A DNA stretch of 64,000 nucleotides from Octopus sinensis (GCF_006345805.1 NC_043005.1:17422001-17486000), one strand, 5' to 3'. Shown: positions 47,400 through 60,094, counted from the first letter of the stretch. Translations and numbers: made by a program. Notes: generated by a model from the letters alone, not told the origin.

Positions 47400-48773
47400 T
47401 AATGGTATTGGTGGTGGTGGTGGTGGTGGTACTGGTGGTGGTGGCACTGATGGTGATAACAGAGGTGGTGGATATTGGTGGACGTTGTGGTGTTTGCGGC
47501 GACAATGATTGTGATAGTTGGTGGTGGTGGTGGTTGAGGATGGTGATGGTAGTGGTGGTGGTCGTCGTCGTCGTCGTCGTCGCCGTCGTGGTTGTGGTGG
47601 TGGTGGTCGTCGTCGTCGTGGTCGTGGTCGTCGTGGTGGTTGAGGGTGGTGATGGTGGTGGTTGAGGGTGGTGATGGTGGTGGTCGTCGTGGTTATGGTG
47701 GTGGTGGTTGTGGTTGAGGGTGGTGATGGTGGTGGTGATGGTTATGGTGGTGGTGGTCGTCGTCGTCGTCGTGGCAGTGGTGGTGGTGGTGGTGATCGTC
47801 GTCGTCGTCGTCGTCATGGCAGCGTGATGTTGACGCTAGCGCTGGCAATACAAATAAACGTGGCATTGGTCATTTGGACAAAGACGTGGCCTAAAAAAGA
47901 AGCTGAACAACCCTTGTCACTCGTCCATCTTTTTTCCCGTTTTTTTCCCCCACCGACCTTCATTCATCCTTTCCTCTCTCCACGTTTATCCCCTGCTCCC
48001 CACCCCTAATCTACCCACCAAGGAAGATTTCTACCGCTTCTCTTTTTCTCTTTCTAGATTACTTTCCTTCAATCTTATTTGTGTTATCTCTGTGATGGTA
48101 CGTACCATCGATAAAACTATGCTTGCGATGGTATGATAACGGTGATACAATCAGTTACAGGAGCTTCACCATGGGGCTAATTGCAACCAGGAGAATAATT
48201 AAGAAAATAAAAAAAAAAGGAAAGATCTTAAATCGTCACGACTGCAACCCTTTCGTCAATAAATCTGTTTATTTCGAAGCAACAACGACGGCGACAACAA
48301 CAAAAACGAATGTGGTGGTGGTGGTGGTGGTGGTGGTGGTGGCGGCGGCGGTGATGGTGGCGTTGGTGGTGGCGGTGGCGGTGGTGTGGCGGCAGCGGCG
48401 GCGGCGGTGGTGGTGGTGGTGGTGGTGTGGTGGTGGTGGCGGTGGTGTTGGCGGTGGCGGTGGTGGTGGTGGTGGTGTGTTGGTGGTGGTGGTGGTTGTG
48501 GTGGTGGTGGTGGTGGTGTGGTGGTGGTGGTGGTTGTGGTGTTGGCGGTGGCGGTGGTGGTGGTGTGGTGGTGTTGGTGGTGGTGGTGGGGTGGTGGTGG
48601 TGGTGGTGGTGGTGGTGTGGTGGTGTGGTGGTGGTGGGGTGGGTGGTGGTGGTGGTGGTGGTGGTGGTGGTGGCGGCGGCGGCGTGGTGGTGGTGGTGGT
48701 GGGGTGATGGCAGTGGTGGTGGTAGTGGTGGTGGTGGTGGTGGTGGCGGTGGCGGTGGTGGTGGTGGTGATGG

Positions 48774-48807
<34 letters not shown>

Positions 48808-49000
48808 GGTGGTGGTGGTGGTGGTGGTGGCGGTGGCAGTGGTGGTGGTGGTGGTAGTGGTGGTGGTGGTGGTTGAGGGTGGTGATGGTGGTGGTCCTCG
48901 TCGTCGTCGTTGTGGTGGAGGTGGTCGTCGTGGTTATGGTGGTGGTGGTGGTTGAGGGTGGTGATGGTGGTGGTGGTGGTTTGGTGATGATGATGATGAT
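47400..49000 (+). repeat. (GGT)n-rich cryptic repeats, interrupted by non-repeat DNA at ~47820-48310
   Basis: Direct reading. Confidence 0.92.
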
Positions 49001-49004
49001 ATTA

Positions 49005-49135
49005 GAGTGGATTTCAAAGAAACTGAGAAAGTCGAGAACTATCAGGACTTAGCAATAAAGATTAAGAGAGATTGTGGAACACAAAGGTGACAATGTTCCG
49101 GCGGTAAACTGGTGCAATCAGCGCAACGCCCAAAC
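49005..49135 (+). pseudogene. Restriction-like endonuclease (REL) fragment of an R4/R2-type non-LTR element
   Basis: KETEKVENYQDLAIKIKR-LWNTKVT..VPAV..GAI fits KE.EK..KY.DL..E..RLW...V.VVPV.IGALG. Confidence 0.6.
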
Positions 49136-49362
49136 TGCTGCTATCAGAGTGGTCGGAGGAAACTGGAATTGTGACACGTATTAGGGCTGCGTAAGTAGGT
49201 AGAAAACTAAGACATTTCATGGCAAATCTCCAACAAGGGCCAGCCAACGATTCTGATGTTGATACAAATATTAGCTACCAGTAGCTGTCTGCATTTAGAC
49301 TTAAATCAGAAACAGTGTTTCATTATAGCAGCTCAGTGTCATTGCCTTCTCAGTAGGAGTGG

Positions 49363-49700
49363 CTGTGTGGTAAGTAGCTTGCTTACCGACCACATGGTTC
49401 CGGGTTCAGTCCCACTGCGTGGCACTTTGGGCAAGTGTCTTCTATTATAGCCTCGGACCGACCAAAGACTTGTGAGTGGATTTGGAAGACGGAAACTGAG
49501 AGAAGCCCGTCGTATATATACTCTTTTGCTCTTTTACTTGTTTCAGTCATTTGATTGTGGCCACGCTGGAGCACCGCCTTTAGTCGATCGAGCAAATCGA
49601 CCCCAGGACTTATTCTTTGGAAGCCTAGTACTTATTCTATCGGTTTCTTATGCCGAACCGCTAAGTTACGGGGACGCAAACACACCAGCATCGGTTGCAC
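49363..49700. mobile_element. SINE family A with 5' half (+) and inverted 3' half (-)
   Basis: Head from 49363; reversed tail from ~49520. Confidence 0.75.
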
Positions 49701-49710
49701 GGCTCTCTCA

Positions 49711-49763
<53 letters not shown>

Positions 49764-49794
49764 TTGATAATAATAATAATAATGATAATAATAA

Positions 49795-50045
49795 TACATC
49801 TTCGCATGTTTTCTATGGGGGTAGTGCCCTCAGGCATCTCTTCCATAGTGTGCTATCGGAAGCCACTATCATTAGACTTTTGGATGGATTCTCAAGCGTG
49901 ACCAAGTGAAACAATGGATACTATCCAATCATCTCGTTCCTCGACGATCCCTATGTCTCCTGTCGGTTGGTTCGGCTTGAAGAATCCATCTTGCGACGGT
50001 TCTTTCCGGCGACATTCTAATCACCTTTCCTCCGTAGTACTGGAA
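49795..50045 (-). pseudogene. RTE-like LINE 3' coding fragment
   Basis: GKVIRMSPERTVARWILQAEPTDRRHRDRRGTR*LDSI..ASDSTLWK resembles GHV.RM..ER..IL...P.G.R.RGRP..RW.D. Confidence 0.5.
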
Positions 50046-50295
50046 CTGTGACCTCTCACTGGAAAGATGTATTGGCTCGACATAGAAAAACGATCTGATC
50101 TCCGAGCAACGACGACGACGACGACGACGAACGATGATGATGGTGATGGTGATGGTGATAATGAGGAGGAGGAGGAAGAGGAGGAAGGTCCATTTGAACA
50201 GAAATCAATAATAAGAGTATCATCTGCCATAGACAAGTTAGTGGTGAAAGACTGCAAATCTCGGAAGGTGAACTTACGTGTGGCATCGATGGAAA

Positions 50296-50699
50296 TCTTT
50301 ATATATAAAAGTGAGGTTGTGTGCTGTCTGTCTCCTACGATTTAGATTCCTAACTACTCCCACATTTTTTGCGGTGCATTTTAACCAAAACCGGGTATCT
50401 ACAGTCGTGTGATTCATATCGAGCCCTTCTGAGTATTAGCGCGTGTCTACGATGAGTCTACGATTTAAAAAAAAATTACCATCATTTTTTTCCATTTTAA
50501 TGCATTTTTTTCGCTATTATATAAAGGAAGTAACTCTGTAAAAATGTCTACGATGAGTCAACGATTTTTAAAAAATTTACCATCATTTTTTTTTCCCATT
50601 TTTAATGCATTTTTTGCTATTTTTTGGCTATAACACTCTAAAAATGCTTATATAGTTATTTCCCTTACAAACCCGAGCAACGCCGGGCGATACTGCTAG
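50296..50699 (+). mobile_element. Non-autonomous Helitron
   Basis: A|TC..CCCG-AGCAACGC-CGGG..CTAG|T; same family as 3559-3948, with an internal ~90-bp duplication. Confidence 0.85.
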
Positions 50700-50953
50700 T
50701 TTTAAATAAGCTAAGGATAGGGTACTTCGTTTGTAGATTCTGAAACCTATGAAGATATTTGGTGTGAGATGAAATTTAAAGAAATCTGTTCATTTTTGCA
50801 TGTAGGACTGGTTGATCTGAATCAAAGCCTGAAATGAATTGGGAATTTTCAGCAATGGTCTAAAGAAGGGGACTAAAGCACTGAGGACATCAGCCTAAGG
50901 CCAATGTTAGATACCATATGATTGACTAAAGATATATATATATTAATATATAT

Positions 50954-50988
<35 letters not shown>

Positions 50989-51147
50989 TAATTTAAAGGG
51001 GTGCTCCAGCATGGCCACAGTCAAAGGACTGAAACAAGTAAAAGAGTAAAAGAGTATATATAATCTTGATAGGTGGAATTAATGTAGAAGGGGTCATTCG
51101 TGTAGTGAATGCATGTAAAATGCTTGTATATTTAACAAGGCATAGAG

Positions 51148-51790
51148 GTAGCAAGCTGGCAGAATCGTTAGCACGCCGGGCGAAATGCTTAGCGGTATTT
51201 CGTCTGCCGTTACGTTCTGAGTTCAAATTCCGCCGAGGTTGACTTTGATTTTCAACTTTTCGGGGTCGATAATTGAAGTGCCAGTTGAACACTGAGGTCG
51301 GTGTAAACGACTCGTCCCCACCTACCCCAAGCTGCCCTTGTGGAAAAAAAATTTTGAAATAATATTTAACAAAACATAAAGGTGGTGAGCTGGCAGAAAT
51401 GTTAGCTCGCTGGGCGAAATGCTTAGAGGTATTTCGTTTGCCTTTACGTTCTGAGTTCAAATTCCGCCGAAGTTGACTTTGCCTTTCATCCTTTCAGGGT
51501 CGATAAATTAAGTACCAATTGCATACTGAGGTCGATCTAATCGACTGGCCCCCTCCCCAAAAATTTCAGGCCTTGTGCCTAGAGTAGAAAAGAATCGTTA
51601 GCACCCCAGGTAAAAGGCTTAGCGGCATCTCGTCCCTCTTCCCGTTCTGAGTTCAAATCCCGCTGAAGTTGACTTTGCCTTTCATCCTTTCGGGGTCGAT
51701 AAAATAAGTGCCAGTTGTGTACTGGGGTCGACGAAATCGATTTAGCCCCACCTCCACGAAATAGCTGGCCTCGTCCCCAAATTTGGAAAC
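51148..51790 (+). mobile_element. Three consecutive SINE family C monomers, each with its head
   Basis: Heads at ~51150, ~51383 and ~51593. Confidence 0.8.
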
Positions 51791-52563
51791 CAATATTTAA
51801 AAAAGCATAAATGACGGGGTCTGACTGGACGTTATGTAATAAGCATCGTTATCAAGGGATCCATTAAGCGTCACCAACATGTTAAAGAAAGGGTCGTTGG
51901 TGAGGACCCGGAAGCCGGGAGACGGCAAAGTAGAAGGCTGCCCGGAGCATCACACACTCCAGCCAAGTCATCGACTGTTATGCAACTACAGCATCTTTAT
52001 GACTACCCACCAGGAGATGAGTACCCAAGACTGTACTTCAGCTACACCAGCATACACCAGCAACACACGACACTGTCGCCAGACCGCCAACGTACTACAC
52101 CATCAACAGTACCATAATCTATACAAGCACCACCACCACCACCAATACACAGTTGACTACCAAGTACTTTTCCCCACCGCCAACAACAACACCACTCTAC
52201 ACCGTCGCTACCTTAGCCACCACCACCACTACCACTCTTTCACCCCTACCTGCTCGCTTCTCCCCACCCACAAGCAAAATTGATACCTCTTCAACTACAA
52301 AAAAGCCACCCGCAGAGACAGGGTGAGATAAGATCTATAATCAAGAGTAAGAGAAGAGTTCCGGGTAGTCGAAGTCAGCGGGAGATTCTATATATTGTGT
52401 GTGTACGCGTTTGTGTATATTTGTGTACATATATATATATATATATACATACATACATACATATATATATACATGCATTTATACGTACATTTCTATACAT
52501 ATATATATACACATACACATATATAAATATCTATATCTATATATATACATATATATATATATA

Positions 52564-52635
<72 letters not shown>

Positions 52636-52718
52636 CAAAAATATATAAATATTAAATATATATATTGTGTATGTTATGTATATATATATACACACATATA
52701 TAGAAATATACATATATG

Positions 52719-52762
<44 letters not shown>

Positions 52763-53270
52763 CACACACATATGAGTCCATCAGTGTGGGGGGGGTGGGG
52801 TGGGGTGGGGTGGGGTGGGGGGTGGGGTGGGGGGGGCTCACTGCCCTGTGGTGTTTGTTTAAAGACGTACTGAGTATCATTTGACACCCCGTAGCTGGAA
52901 ACCTCTGATATGTATACACCAGGTTAGTCTGCAAACAGATACCCTTGGTCGGGTATATCAATTACGGCTTGTATGAGAGTGATTAGTTTATTCTGTAAGT
53001 GGTGAGTGGATGAGGTGGGTCGGGGTTGCGGAGGGTGAATTTTTATGTCGTGTGTGATTGGTTTGTTGTGTTTTCGATTGAGTTTATTGTATATTGTTAT
53101 GGTTATTTGGATCTTCTAACCTTTTCTTTGCTTCAGCCGTTGAGTTTTGACCATGAAGGGTTTAGCCCTATGTTTCTCAACCATTTTTTTCTTTTAGCCT
53201 GTGGACCCTTTTTATTCTTGCTTTACTCCATAGTTAATCCATAGGCGTTTGTTGTATATAAAATATAATC

Positions 53271-53863
53271 CTATTTCTTTATTAAGTGGCTAAACATAGA
53301 GGGGACAAACAAGGACAGACAAACGGATTTAAGTCGATTACGTCGACTCCAGTGCGTAACTGGTACTTAATTTATCGACACCGAATGGATGAAAGGCAAA
53401 GTCGATCTCGGCGGAATTTGAACTCAAATCGTAACGGCACACGAAATACCTATTTCTTTACTACCCACAAGGGTTTAAACACAGAGGACAAACAAAGACA
53501 GACAAACGGATTAAGTCGATTATATCGACCTCAGTGCGTAACTGGTACTTAATTTATCGACACCGAAAGGACGAAAGGCAAAGTCGACATCGGCGGAATT
53601 TGAACTCAAATCGTAACGGCACACGAAATACCTATTTCTTTACTACTCACAAGGGTTTAGACACAGAGAGGACAAACAAAGACAGACAAACGGATTAAGT
53701 CGATTACATCGACCTCAGTGCGTAACTGGTACTTAATTTATCGACCCCGAAAGGACGAAAGGCAAAGTCGACCTCGGCGGAATTTGAATTCAGAACGTAA
53801 CGGCAGACGAAATACCGCAAAGCATTTTGCCCGGCGTGCTAACGTTTCTGCCAGCTCGCTCCC
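53271..53863 (-). mobile_element. SINE family C, head plus three tandem 184-bp units
   Basis: Repeated unit with a constant junction. Confidence 0.88.
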
Positions 53864-54836
53864 TTATGTTATATTGATATAGGCGGAATACTGAAAGCGA
53901 AATACGTTTTTGGTGACTAATTGCTGTGTCTATGGTGAGTCATTAACACGCTGGTTCAATTCCACTCCATCATTATTAGTCACTTGGTTAAATATCCAAC
54001 TAACTAATTGGTTATTTGTTTAACCAATTGACAAATAATAAATTGAACCAGTGCGTGTGTCAATAATATTGGCGTAATGACTCCCACTAAACACAACAAA
54101 ATTTGTTTCAACACACGAATTCACATAATGAATCTTGCAAACCAGATAGAAAGACGAAGTAGAATTATTGTTATTGAATTGATATTTGGCTGGGAATTAG
54201 TGAGTTTCAACCTTGAATATCTGTACTCTTCCAGATTAAGATCGCTAATAATTCAGATTAAGATTGTTAATAACTCTTAATACTCCAAATTATTTAAGGT
54301 GTTTATCGTCCCCTAGGATTGTTATACAAATCTTCAGGCTTCAATATGGATCGCTTTTCCGATCCCTATGCTAAAACGCAAAATGCTCTACGTGGTCGTC
54401 CGAGCAGCTAGAAATAGCGACCAAATATTCTTCAAAGTACACTTTACTTAGTAATTTGGGGGGTGGGCATTCCTTCGGAGAAGATATAATCGAACTGAAA
54501 CTATTTGTTCGGCAATTTCCGTAGAAAAATTCATTGCTTTAATCTTTTTCCTCAGCTGAATCGCTTACGCGTATGCATTTTTTGTGTATGTATATATATA
54601 TGTATGTGTTTATTTATGTATATAAGTATATGTATGTGTTTATGTGCATATATGTATATATATTTGTGTATGTGTATGTATATTTGCTGAAAAAAAAATG
54701 AGATAAAAAGTTTTTACGGAAATTGCCGAACACTTACTTTCAGTTTGGTTATATCTTCGAAGGAACGCCTTCTTTGGCAGATGCGTGGAGCAGTGACGGA
54801 ATGTATGCAAACTGAAGACCACACACAGCTATATAT

Positions 54837-54870
54837 ACAGAGTTGACCAAAAGTCACCTGATCAGTAAAT
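54837..54870 (+). mobile_element. Possible Tc1/mariner left TIR
   Basis: TA|CAGAGTTGACCAAAAGTCACC; no partner TIR found. Confidence 0.3.
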
Positions 54871-55021
54871 CAAAACCATTTAATTCCAAGATTTATTTAT
54901 GTTTTAACAACTGAATGAATTTAATAAAAGCGTCTAAATACGAAACATCATGAAAATTGTCCAAACTGAAGTCCTTGAACGACACTGTCCCCATTCGAGT
55001 CAAAAGAGAATTACAGATAGT

Positions 55022-55830
55022 ATTTGACTTTGCCTTTCATCCTTTCGGGATTAATAAATTAAGTACCAGTTACGCACTGAGGTCGATGTAATCGACTTAA
55101 TCCGTTTGTCTGTCCTTGTTTGTCCTCTCTGCGTTTAGCCCCTTGTGGGTAGTAAAGAAATAGGTATTTCGTCTGCCGCTACATTCTGAGTTCAAATTCC
55201 GCCGAGATCGACTTTGCCTTTCATCCTTTCAGGATCGATTAAATAAGTACCAGTTACGCACTGGGGTCGATGTAATCGACTTAATCCGTTTTTCTGTCCT
55301 TGTTTGTCCTCACTGCGTTTAGCTCCTTGTGGGTAGTAAAGAAATAGGTATTTCGTCTGCCGCTACGTTCTGAGTTCAAATTCCGCCGAGGTCGACTTTG
55401 CCTGTCATCCTTTCGGGGTCGATTAAATAAGTACCAGTTACGCACTAGGGTCGATGTAATCGACTTAATCCGTTTGTCTGTCCTTGTTTGTCCTCTCTGC
55501 GTTTAGCTCCTTGTGGGTAGTAAAGAAATAGGTATTTCGTTTGCCGCTACGTTCTGAGTTCAAATTCCGCCGATGTCGACTTTGCCTTTCATCCTTTCGG
55601 GGTCGATTAAATAAGTACCAGTTGCGTACTGGGGTCGATGTAATCGTCTTAATCCGTTTGTCAGTCCTTGTCTGTCCTCTCTGTGTAGCCTCTTGCGGGC
55701 AGTAAAGGAATAAGAATCGTTAGCATGCAGGGCAAATTGCTTAGCGGCATTTCGTCTGTCTTTATATTCTGAGTTCAAATTCCGCCGAAATCGACTTTAC
55801 CTTCCATCCTTTCGAGATCAATGAAATAAG
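55022..55830 (+). mobile_element. SINE family C array, ~4 tandem 184-bp units plus a further monomer
   Basis: GTATTTCG unit starts at 55164, 55348 and 55532. Confidence 0.88.
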
Positions 55831-56397
55831 AAGCAATTAGGAAATAGGGTCGTTGTAACTGACATCCCCCTCCTCCGAAATTTGAAACCAATTCTACTTT
55901 AGCGAACTGGCAAAATCGCTTGTATAAATATGATTTCATATTGTATTTCATGATGAAGATCAGTACCCACCAATTTTTCACTATCAAGAGCCTCTTTTAT
56001 TTAAAGATATATTACCCAAAACCCCAGGTCAGTGACATATCCAGAATTTGCGCAGCCTGGGGCAGCCCTTCAGTTTGCCTCGCTCTCAATTCGAACCCAC
56101 CAAGCCGATACATCAAACCCCAAAATGCCGCCTCCAAATAGCATCGCTCTGGGCGATATCTGTGTATGCGGAGATGTCTTTGTGTCCCAGTCTATTCTAC
56201 CTCCGCTGTTTGACAACTAATGTTAGTTTGTGAGGTATATTTGCCATCTCAATATGGCTAACCACTAAGGGTGGGTGTTACTGTAGCTTGTAGCCCCAGG
56301 AGAACATCTCTTCCAGCTGGCTAAAGGGACACTTTCTGTGCCCTATCGGTATTTGCAAAGGGAGGTCATCCTTCCCTCGTCAACCTAAGTGATACGC

Positions 56398-56437
56398 ACA
56401 GACTGCAGTTTCTGGGTATTGACCCGTCATCAGCTGT
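56398..56437 (-). ncRNA. Decayed hammerhead motif, canonical CUGAUGA core
   Basis: ACAG-CTGATGA-C-GGGT-CAAT-ACCC-A-GAAA-CTGCAG-T-CTGT; palindromic helix III ACTGCAGT. Confidence 0.55.
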
Positions 56438-57587
56438 TTTACGTCCCCATAAATTAGCAGTTCGGCAAGAGGGTACTGATTGAGTAAGTACTAGACTTCA
56501 AAAAAATATGTACTGGTGTCGATTTCTTCAATCAAAAAACCGTCAAGTGGGTGCTCCAGCATGGCTGCAGTCCAGTGATTGAAGCAAGTAAAAGCTAAAA
56601 GCTAAAGGATAAAGTGCATTAGCTTTGTCTGCTCAACAGGCCAGTTTTAGAAACCACAACAACTTTGTTTGCTGAACTTCATCTCTCAATTGAAAGATAT
56701 ATAGTGTAACTTGATATGTGAATAAATAAAGAGCGGCATTAAAGCATAAACACTTATTTAACGAGATAGTTGGAGCTATTCTGTTGATACTACTTTCCGA
56801 ATTTCAGGTTCAACGGCAAATATAGTTGTTGTAACTGTAGATCCGAGTTCTTAAAAAGCATCTCAAAAAAATTAGACTATTCATGCAGATTAAGAGACGA
56901 CTGATAACGCTGAAACACGATAAGACGTAAAGATCAGCCTTATCGCGAGTGATTGCAACATTTTACTCTACGGCGGCTTGGAATTTTCATTTTGGTTCAT
57001 GGATCCTCGGTACTACCTTTGCGGACGCTCAGAGGTTTGCAGGCCGCGCAAGTTCTGAACCGTTGATGTAGATGAAAAGCAAGGAATGTCTTTTCGAATG
57101 AAATAATATATAAAATAAATATCTTCTGTTCTCTTTTATTTGTTTTAGTTATGGGATTGCGGCCATGCTGGGGCACCGTCTTCAAGGGTTTAGTCGATAG
57201 GTTCTCAAAGTAGGCGCTACCGCCCGCGGAGGACGTTGTGACGTTCCACGTGGGAGCTGGTGCCTAAGGACGCGGTGGCGGGGGGCACGGTGGCGGGGGG
57301 GCGAGGTAGAGAAAAAGGAGGCGTTGGGTGGAAGGCAGTGGATTAGGCGACGCTAGGAAACTATTATAATATTATTATAGATTTAGTAGACGGAAACTGA
57401 AAGAAGCCCCTCGTATATATATATATATATAATTAATCAAAGGACATACTAGGTATGTCAACCTGCTTGAAATAACAGTCAAAACTCTTATTAAATCGCC
57501 GTTACGTTCTGATGAAAACTACAGAAATCAAACGAAGGCAAAATCAGGTTAAGACAATCTACTAACATACATTTAAGTATCTGGACT

Positions 57588-57641
57588 CACGTGGATCGAT
57601 TTCTGCATTGGTAAAATAAACCTTAGCTTCTTCAGTACGTG
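57588..57641 (-). ncRNA. Decayed hammerhead motif, canonical CUGAAGA core
   Basis: CACGTA-CTGAAGA-A-GCTAAGGT-TTATTTT-ACCAATGC-A-GAAA-TCGA-TC-CACGTG. Confidence 0.4.
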
Positions 57642-57771
57642 TTACCATGATTAGAGATTCCCAACCCATCGCTTCGAGGTCTGTGCTGCAACTGAATTCG
57701 TTTCACGCCGAAATCATAACAGCCACCGGTGTAAAATAATTTCGATACATTAATGACACCGTCGTAAATTA

Positions 57772-57804
<33 letters not shown>

Positions 57805-57806
<2 letters not shown>

Positions 57807-57978
57807 AGATCACTAGCCACTACACGCATTTTTTCTCTCCGTGTTTCTTTCTGTGTTCCTTTCTGTGGAAGAGCGTAGGCTCGAAACGTTAAAGACTTTT
57901 TCAATTCCCGAGCGTTATACTAATACATCTGTTTGTTTTCTACACCACCTGTCTTCGTCTTTTGTTTTTTTCGTGCAT
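57805..57978 (+). mobile_element. Solo PLE terminus, family B (hammerhead-like motif at 57859-57894, CUGUGGA core)
   Basis: CTTT-CTGTGGA-A-GAG-CGTAGG-CTC-GAAA-CG-TT-AAAG. Confidence 0.75.
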
Positions 57979-57979
57979 T

Positions 57980-58130
57980 ATATATTTGTGTGTTTGTGTT
58001 TGTCCCTCACCATCGCTTGACAACCGATGTTGCTGTGTTTACGTCCCCGTAACTTAGCTGTTCAGCAAAGAGACCGATACATAAGTACTGGGCTTACAAA
58101 GAATAAGTCCTGGGGTCGATTTGTTCCACT
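57980..58130 (+). mobile_element. SINE family A, partial 3' half
   Basis: Matches the family body. Confidence 0.75.
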
Positions 58131-58604
58131 GTTTTTGTTTTTTGTTTTTTTTTTTCGAGTATAAGCAAGCCACTTTTTTCCGGAAAAGAAAGGTGAGAGG
58201 GGTGATGAGGACCTCGAGGTTTCCCACCATGGGAGTTTTGTTTCACGGGTCTTATATTTTCCAAGTTATTTTGCATGCTTTCAACGAGTGTGACATCGAA
58301 ATCATGCGTAAACGGCTCCTTTTTCCAGAAAAAGGAAAAATTTGGCTGCTATTTCTAGCACGCCCCGCTACCACGTAACAGCTATTTGCGTTCACACGGA
58401 AATATTTACCAGTTTTTCCTTCCGTTTATTTTTTCCACTTTATTTTCTCTGTTGACATCCACCTCAGTTAGTTTTGCCTTTTTCCCAGCTCTGTGCTTCC
58501 TGGAAGAAAAGCCAGTTCTAGCTGCTATAGTTGTCTGCCTCATTGCCGCTGTCAAGAATCATTCACAGGGTGGTGGTTAAGATTCCCACTGATTTCTCGC
58601 TTAC

Positions 58605-59203
58605 GGAGCGCTGGTGGCAGAACCGTTAGCACGCTGGGCGAAATGCTTAGCGTTATTTCGTCTGCCGTTACGTTCTGAGTTCAAATTCCGCTGAGGTCGA
58701 CTTAGCCTTTCATCCTTTCGAGGTCGATAAATTAAGTACCAGTTACGCACTGGGGTCCATGTAATCGACTTAATCCGTTTGTTTGTCCTTGTTTGTCCCC
58801 TCTGTGTTTAGCCCCTTGTGGGTAATAAAGAAATAGGTATTTCGTCTGCCGTTACGTTCTGAGTTCAAATTCCGCTGAGGTTGACTTTGCCTTTCATCCT
58901 TTCGGTGTCGATAAATTAAGAACCAGTTACGCACTGGGGTCGATATAATCGACTTAATCCGTTTGTCTGTCCTTGTTTGTCCCCTCTGTGTTTAGCCCCT
59001 TGTGGGTAGTAAAGAAATAGGTATTTCGTCTGCGTTACGTTCTGAGTTCAAATTCCGCCGAGGTCAACTTTGCCTTTCATCCTTTCGGGGTCGATAAATT
59101 AAGTACCAGTTACGAACTGGGGTCGATGTAATCGACTTAATACCTATGTCTGTCCTTGTTTGTCCCCTCTGTGTTTAGCCCCTTGTGGGTAGTAAAGAAA
59201 TAG
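58605..59203 (+). mobile_element. SINE family C, head plus three tandem 184-bp units
   Basis: Later units start at 58837 and 59021. Confidence 0.88.
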
Positions 59204-59650
59204 ATATTTATTATAATTACATTCTAGCTAGAAAGATGGGTATACCATTATAAGCATAGCTTATGCTAATGTAGGCCACTTGCTGTTCATTTGAACTCTC
59301 CGTGACACAGAAAGGTCACGGATCAAGTGGAAACATCAATCACTGTTCCCTCTTGACAAGAAATTTCCTGCTATCTTTGCAAGCAACAAGCGGGTGAATT
59401 TGTTTCAAATCCAGGCAGGGCCAAACAAGGCCCTACAAGTTATTTATAACGAAAAGTGACGTTATATTGGGGCTGAAAGAATAATGAGAACAATACTAAA
59501 TCTGCTCAGACAATCTGAAAACAATAGAAACTTTTAAACGTTTACCGGTTTTTATGAAATTTTGAGGTTAACGGACTTGAGTTAACGGAAGTTAATTAGT
59601 CCGATAATGATATTCAAAGTTAACTAAAAAGTTAAATCGTTAATGAAAGT

Positions 59651-59651
<1 letters not shown>

Positions 59652-59704
<53 letters not shown>

Positions 59705-59868
59705 CAGTTAGTCAGTTAGTTAGTTAGTTAGTTAGCAAGGCCATGTAGGGGGACATGGAGTTAAGTACAGGGTGGTGTTCATGTAAAGAGTTCAGGCCAC
59801 TAGAGGTCAAGGGAGACTTTGAACAAAGTGGTCGTCGGCATCTTCACCATCTCGTCTGGCAGCTTGTT
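59652..59868 (-). mobile_element. Short 3' fragment of the CR1-like LINE family of 7395-8848
   Basis: Reverse complement matches 8665-8800, plus a long (TAAC)n tail. Confidence 0.85.
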
Positions 59869-59928
59869 AATTAACAATTAACGGATTAACGGACTTACGC
59901 CCAGCTCTGTATAATAATTTTTTTAAAA

Positions 59929-59977
59929 CAAAACTGTCCGACGAACGGGAACGTGAAACACCGAGTAACAGCTTTTG
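59929..59977 (+). ncRNA. Type I hammerhead, CCGACGA core, GUA triplet
   Basis: CAAAA-CTGT-CCGACGA-ACG-GGAA-CGT-GAAA-C-ACCGA-G-TA-ACAG-C-TTTTG; 9-bp helix I with one bulge, GNRA-capped helix II; AATAAA follows at ~59999. Confidence 0.75.
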
Positions 59978-60094
59978 TTATATTTCTACTGGTTTTAAAT
60001 AAAGCATTTTACTCTACCCCTGGTATTTGAGTACTCTTTTTTCCACCTTGTTTCACATTTAAGTGCATACCCCGGTATATATATATATATATAT

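Noticed and set aside
53271-59203. 184-bp and 203-bp arrays as CRISPR
   Set aside because: Units are contiguous with no unique spacers, there are no cas genes, and the context is eukaryotic.
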